Part shown: positions 58,832-64,000 of the stretch, piece by piece
Layout of the letters: every line of letters starts with the position of its first letter
How positions within the stretch are numbered: the stretch's first letter is position 1
DNA from: Amphiscolops sp. MND2022
Lineage: Eukaryota
Assembly: GCA_964187785.1 (NCBI GenBank)
Contig: OZ076409.1
Coordinates: 18,292,001 to 18,356,000, forward strand
Length of the DNA stretch: 64,000 nucleotides
Reading direction: 5' to 3'
Made by a program: the position numbers and the translations under genes
Notes under the pieces: generated by a model
The model's input: only the letters and a program-made list of their open reading frames with translations
Database searches by the model: none
Told to the model about the DNA's origin: nothing

Positions 58832-61712
58832 AAACTTTTGGATGTCTTTGGAAAACATCCAGATTTCTAGAAAAAGAAGACGGCAACGTCTGAAGTTGGA
58901 GCCATATACAAGGCTCAAAAATCGCAGATTTGAAATATGCGTAGGACGTTTTCATGAAAAACCCCTGTTGTCGGACATCCGCCTCCTCCTTACAAAAACG
59001 CAGAAGAGTTCGGATATAACGTCAAAAGTTCGGATATAGCGCTTAATTCCGGATATTACGAGGCGGGACTTCAGTAAAGTCAAAGGGGGCCCTTTGGAGA
59101 CAGAAAAATTGAAAAAAGTCGCAGTGCTGAAAACAAAATTGAAAGGGGGGCACTTTAGTCTCATCCAGTTTTGTATGTTACGTTTAAAAAGTAAAACCTG
59201 AAAGGGGGAACCTTTGCGATCGCTTAGATGCGTTTCCCAGGTATTCGTTTAGTTGAACAAATTGAACAAAAAGTTCGTCGCTTCGAGTCTGTCTTTAGAA
59301 AAAGAAAAAAACGAGTGACTGTAAAACTCGGGATCTTTTATTAATGAATACGCTGCCTAAAAATAGCCGCTTTCTGAGTTTAAAATATCTAATGACAGAG
59401 TGTTTTTCCCAAAAAAGCGCTGCCATTTACAGCACAGTAAAACAAGTTGTGTTCGTACTTCAAGTAAGTTTTACAATAAATTCCTTCCAAAATACCGATT
59501 TCATTCAGTTGTTAACTAACAAGACGCCCTTTGACAAACAGAATTCTTTCGCCCCCAAGCTGTTCTACCAACGACCTAATTTCAAAATAAGAGTTGCGCT
59601 AATAAACGGAAAAAAAAGAACCAAAACCAAAAATAGAGCAAAAACACTACAGCAAGGTTTCCGAGCACAGTGAACTTTGATTCCTTTTACACAAGATCTC
59701 ATCAAAACGTTTCATTTTCTCGAATGCAATAGATGAGGCGCTGATAGTATTGCTTTGCATGCAACTCTTGGGACCTTCATACGTCCGGAAACATCTCAAA
59801 TTTAGTTTAAAATGGTTTAAAAAACGTTCGGAATACGAAGTTTTACTTTATTTCATTCAAGCGATTTTGTCAGAAAACGTGAAAAATCTCAATATGAAAC
59901 ATGCTGAGTAGCCATCAATGAGACTAGGGACTTTATTAGCCAGAGAAGCGTCCGAACGTCGTACAAAATCGAGGACGTTTTGTGAAAAACTAAAACTTTT
60001 TTTTATTTCTTTGGAAGCATTTGTTTAAAAGAAAATAGGCCCCTCCGGTGCTCAGTACTATTTCTGCTTTAATCTTTATTTTTTTTGGAAACGAAAAAAT
60101 CATTAATAAAAGAATCATATCTGGAATACCAATACACTCTTGTTTAATCTTTATTTAGCGCACAATTACATGTAATCACTGTACAAGTTTACACCGCCTT
60201 TAATTTTTCTCGGACTAAAGAAGATATAACCACTAAGCGTAGACGAAGTTTCGCATTCGCATTTGAATGCAGGCGAAGCTCTCAACGAACGAATAATTAA
60301 CACTCATTCGCTTCATATCAATAACTCGGGGCAACGAAAGCACAATTACGAACATTCGCTCGCTTCATCTCAATGACGTCAGCATACGATTGGATAATTA
60401 CCACTCGCTCGTTCCATCGCACTAGAATTGAATTTAAATCTCTCGCTTACACTCACTGCCGAACAAAATATCTGAATTATTCAGATCGTCCGAAAAATTG
60501 TTCTGAAAAAAAAGTAGACGCTTCCAGATTTCAATAATATTCCTGCTAAAGCAGAAATATTAAAAACATTGAAGTTCCTTCTTTTGGAGTGTTTATACTA
60601 GCCTGTGGGCTTGTTGAAGAGGTGGATAATCATACTCACAAAAACAAAATTAAAACGAAATAGCACAAAACACAAGCGCAAAATCCAAAATTGCAAGTTT
60701 TCACTTTGATTGTCACTTTCAGGACGTTTCTTCGCATTGAATTATCAAAAAACCCAAGCTTTTCCTCCGCAAATGTATGTTAAACATTTTTTTTCTGCCA
60801 AAAAAGCTGAAACTTTCCTGAACTTACCAAAAAGACAGCACAAATCGTTCACACAAAAAATGGAAAATTTTTTGTCTCTTTCAGGGCATTTCGTGGCATT
60901 GGAGTATCAAAAGACTCAAACGGTGTCGAAAACAACTAAATTTTCCCAAAATTGTACAAAATTTACCGGAATGAAACGCAAATATGGAATTTAACGTTTT
61001 TCGAAACAATTTTTGTGTTGGTTAAGAGTTTTTTCTCTGGTTTCTCTTTCGAAAAGCGTAATAGTAGTTGACTATTTTACCGCTGAGCTGGGTAGATTTT
61101 CAAGTTTGCGAAAACATTCGAAAACTGTGAACTTTGTGCCAGAAGCTGTGCAGTTCTTACTTTTAGCTTTTTTGTCAATTTCAGGACCATTTCGACAAAA
61201 GATTGGAACATTCGAAGATGGTTTTACTTTCAAGTTAGTGGATTTTGAACTTTACGAAATATTCCATGAGTTGCGCAAAAATTGGGACTAATTTGTCGGA
61301 AAATGTGAATTTGGCTTGTTGGGTGTCTTCTACGATTTCTTTTGACAGAAGCTGCAGATATCGCTTCAATACAGTTTTAAAAAGCTAGTTTTTTTTGTCG
61401 TTGATCTTTTGGAACAATTCAATCCACAAAAGATCGTGAAAATTTCAGAAAATGCAGTGAAACGTCAAACGTTGCCAACGTTTGGATTCGACATTTTTGC
61501 CGGCATTTTGAGTACGTTGTCGGCAAAATGCAACGTATTTTTCGGATATCACACTTTTCTTTACATATGTACATACAAAATTTTACATAAAGTTTTCGTA
61601 GATGAATTCTGTGGACGAAGCTATAATTTGGGTTTCATTTTAGAACAGCAAATTTAGGAAAAAAGCAGCTGTAAATAATTTTGCTTTACCAGAAGGAAAC
61701 GAACGGAAAATA
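58832..61712 (+). repeat. Local segmental duplication, copy 2 (contains HINE-like 58871-59363)
   Basis: Colinear with 55542-57999, plus a ~530-bp insertion. Confidence 0.85.
60034..60566 (-). mobile_element. HINE-like insertion, distinct family
   Basis: Absent from duplication copy 1. 13-bp subTIRs TATTTCTGCTTTA (60059-60071) / TAAAGCAGAAATA (60547-60559), asymmetrically placed, with a GC-rich terminus. Inserted in an A/T run with no evident TSD. Confidence 0.6.
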
Positions 61713-63246
61713 AACTGTTCCAGAATTTCAAGATACAAACCAACTTTAATTTCGATCACTGTGCATCTGATGATAGTCATTTGTGCACCTACAAATATTT
61801 GATGACTTTCAAAGATCGACAATGCTTTTCTGGAAACATTGGTCGAGAAATCTAGTCAGTGCCAGCTATGAATTCTTGAAAAAACTATATATCATTCACA
61901 CTCTGCAAAGATGGGGCTCTTGATCAAAACATTTTCGGTTAAAAAATTATTCGATGTCTCCTCATTACCAAACTTGTTTGAAATTTACAGACCAAACTGG
62001 TTATGATTATCTATCAGTCTTAACATAGTCGGTGATTAAAATTAGATTGATAGTCTGAACAATTTTTTTCCAAATCTCAAAGCTGACAACTGTTTGATCG
62101 TACTATCCCAGTCTTGGCGCTTCATAGCAACGCTGCAGCCGTTAATCATGCGGAGTTAAGTATCGTCGAATGAATTTTCCTTCGATCTCTATTTTGGGAC
62201 AATTTGATGATTTTTCTGAGAACCTTGTCTCTGTTTAACCTTCGAATAAAAAGTCAAATTGGGAAATGGGAAAGTCAGAGGAATGCAAAATTAAAGTAGG
62301 GCAGTGTTTTGACATCACTAATTTTTCCCGCTAATGTTCGATTTCAACTTTCAAAATTGACTGATAACCTAAAGAGAAACAGACTGGAATTTTTTTCTTG
62401 AATTTCTGAATTTTTCTTGTATAAGATTTCGAGGAAATCTTGATTTAGGACTTTCTATAAGTTACCACTTATTTGAATCGCTAATGAAGTCGCTGAAAAA
62501 TTCCTGCGCTGCCGCTAATTAGCGGTGTCAAAACTGTGAAGTAGAGTATTTGACTTTCCATGAAAAATGGTGGTTTTTCGGTCGATATAATTTTAGGGCC
62601 TAGCAAAATTTTTCATTTCGGAGAAAGTATATTTGAAAAATGTTTCACCAGAGTTTTCGCGAAAACAAAAAGGAAGTTCGCAGCAGAATTCGTACTTTTA
62701 GTCTAGAAACCTTGAAAAGTATTGAGATCTTGTGAATTCTGTGAAAAATTCAGATGTTTTTCGATGCCTGACTTGATATACCAATATCGCTTTTTGTTCA
62801 ATAACACCAGTTGCAATTATTGCTAACCAGCAATAGCTGTTTGAGCAATACATTTTCATTCAGGTATGTCTATTAGTCACCAAGCTATTCCGGCGAAATC
62901 TGTTATTCGAAATTATGTCACGCCTACAGTTTCAAAGGGAATTGTTTCTTACGTTGTGCACTGGCTTTCATCACTGTAACTGATAAGCTTCTAGTTTCGG
63001 TGATTAGATTTCACAAGTTTGTTAGTCCGTCGCGTATCTTCATCATCGGCTGACGTTGCACGATGTCGATTTTGTAAGAGTTGTTCAAACATCGTTGTTA
63101 GGTATCAGACTTGATTCAAATTCACAATGAAATATTCTAAGAGCAACGTCATCGGTTAGGTCAAAAGCTTTCAGTCAAGTTACAGCAACCTGATTTCCTT
63201 TTGTTCCATTTGTCTTGTTGTTAACCTACTAACTTGACCTTCCTAG

Positions 63247-63890
63247 CGTTTTGACGTCATCAACGTGTGTGAAACGTCACAACTGTTACAACCGCAGGGG
63301 TTTAATTGCAACTCAAGGTTCAAATATTAAGCAATCTGCCTCTTCTCAACATCAATGTCTGCCAGTGAATCAATCTTATCTCTGCATAATGATTACGATA
63401 TCGATTTTCGAAACGATTGCGATAAAAACTATAGGAGAGGAAATTTCTTCAATCCAAAATCATTCCAACAGAACGCTCCCTCGCAAACGTCTGGATCCGG
63501 ATCCAAACCACCAGTCAATTGCCAAAACTATCACTTCAGCAACCAACCAGGAGTTCCCGAAAACCGGAGAAAGTGCATCTTCTGGAGAATTCGACCACTT
63601 TCAAACATATCCAGTCACATAAGCCAGCCAGTCAGCGAGAAAGATGGTTTTTTGTGTCGTGAAAGAAATGCATCCTGTACCTTTCGGCAGCAACGAAAGC
63701 AATGTGCAATACAAAGAACAGAGTCATAACAGCTACCTAAAGTACCACGATTCTTCGAGGTTTTCATGGCCTTCACAGAACACATCACTCGTGCCAACAT
63801 TCTTTGGAAACATGGAACGAGACAGAAGTAGCACCCCTAACTACTTCAACTACCAAGATGGAAGGAATGGGAATTAACCCACACAGAAAA
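63247..63890 (+). pseudogene. Possible host (pseudo)exon
   Basis: TACTAAC branch point (63227-63233), TCCTAG acceptor and GTAAGT donor at 63891. The best frame is Ser/Asn/Gln-rich but has two stops, and no family is recognised. Confidence 0.3.
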
Positions 63891-64000
63891 GTAAGTATCA
63901 AAAAACAATGAACTTAGTCTGCACAGCTATTTCCATTTATTTGTAAATTTCCTATTTTCATTATATATGATTTTACTGTTTTGAATGTTTCTACAAGTCG

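Overview
This is AT-rich eukaryotic (metazoan-like) DNA made almost entirely of nested transposable elements. No bacterial operons, rRNA or CRISPR were found, and the species cannot be determined from the sequence. The centrepiece is an intact, apparently very young 16.5-kb Ty3/Gypsy LTR retrotransposon (23044-39587; 2344-bp LTRs, GGCGC target-site duplication) organised like a complex retrovirus. Its gag starts inside the LTR and runs through the primer-binding site, and a -1 frameshift signal links gag to pol. Where env would normally sit, it carries a divergent gene pair. One is an 8-exon/7-intron antisense gene (~1037 aa) that reads as a catalytically dead hAT-transposase derivative with a zinc finger. 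The other is a 287-aa sense ORF (SIM-like, NLS and RG motifs) that runs across the PPT into the 3' LTR. A second, non-autonomous LTR element (46346-53210) encodes Gag, a protease and an OARD1/TARG1-type macrodomain but no RT or integrase. The rest comprises three decayed Gypsy elements, a related LTR remnant at the window start, many HINE/DINE-1-like repeats, a hAT MITE, a CACTA-like MITE, local duplications and a palindrome.
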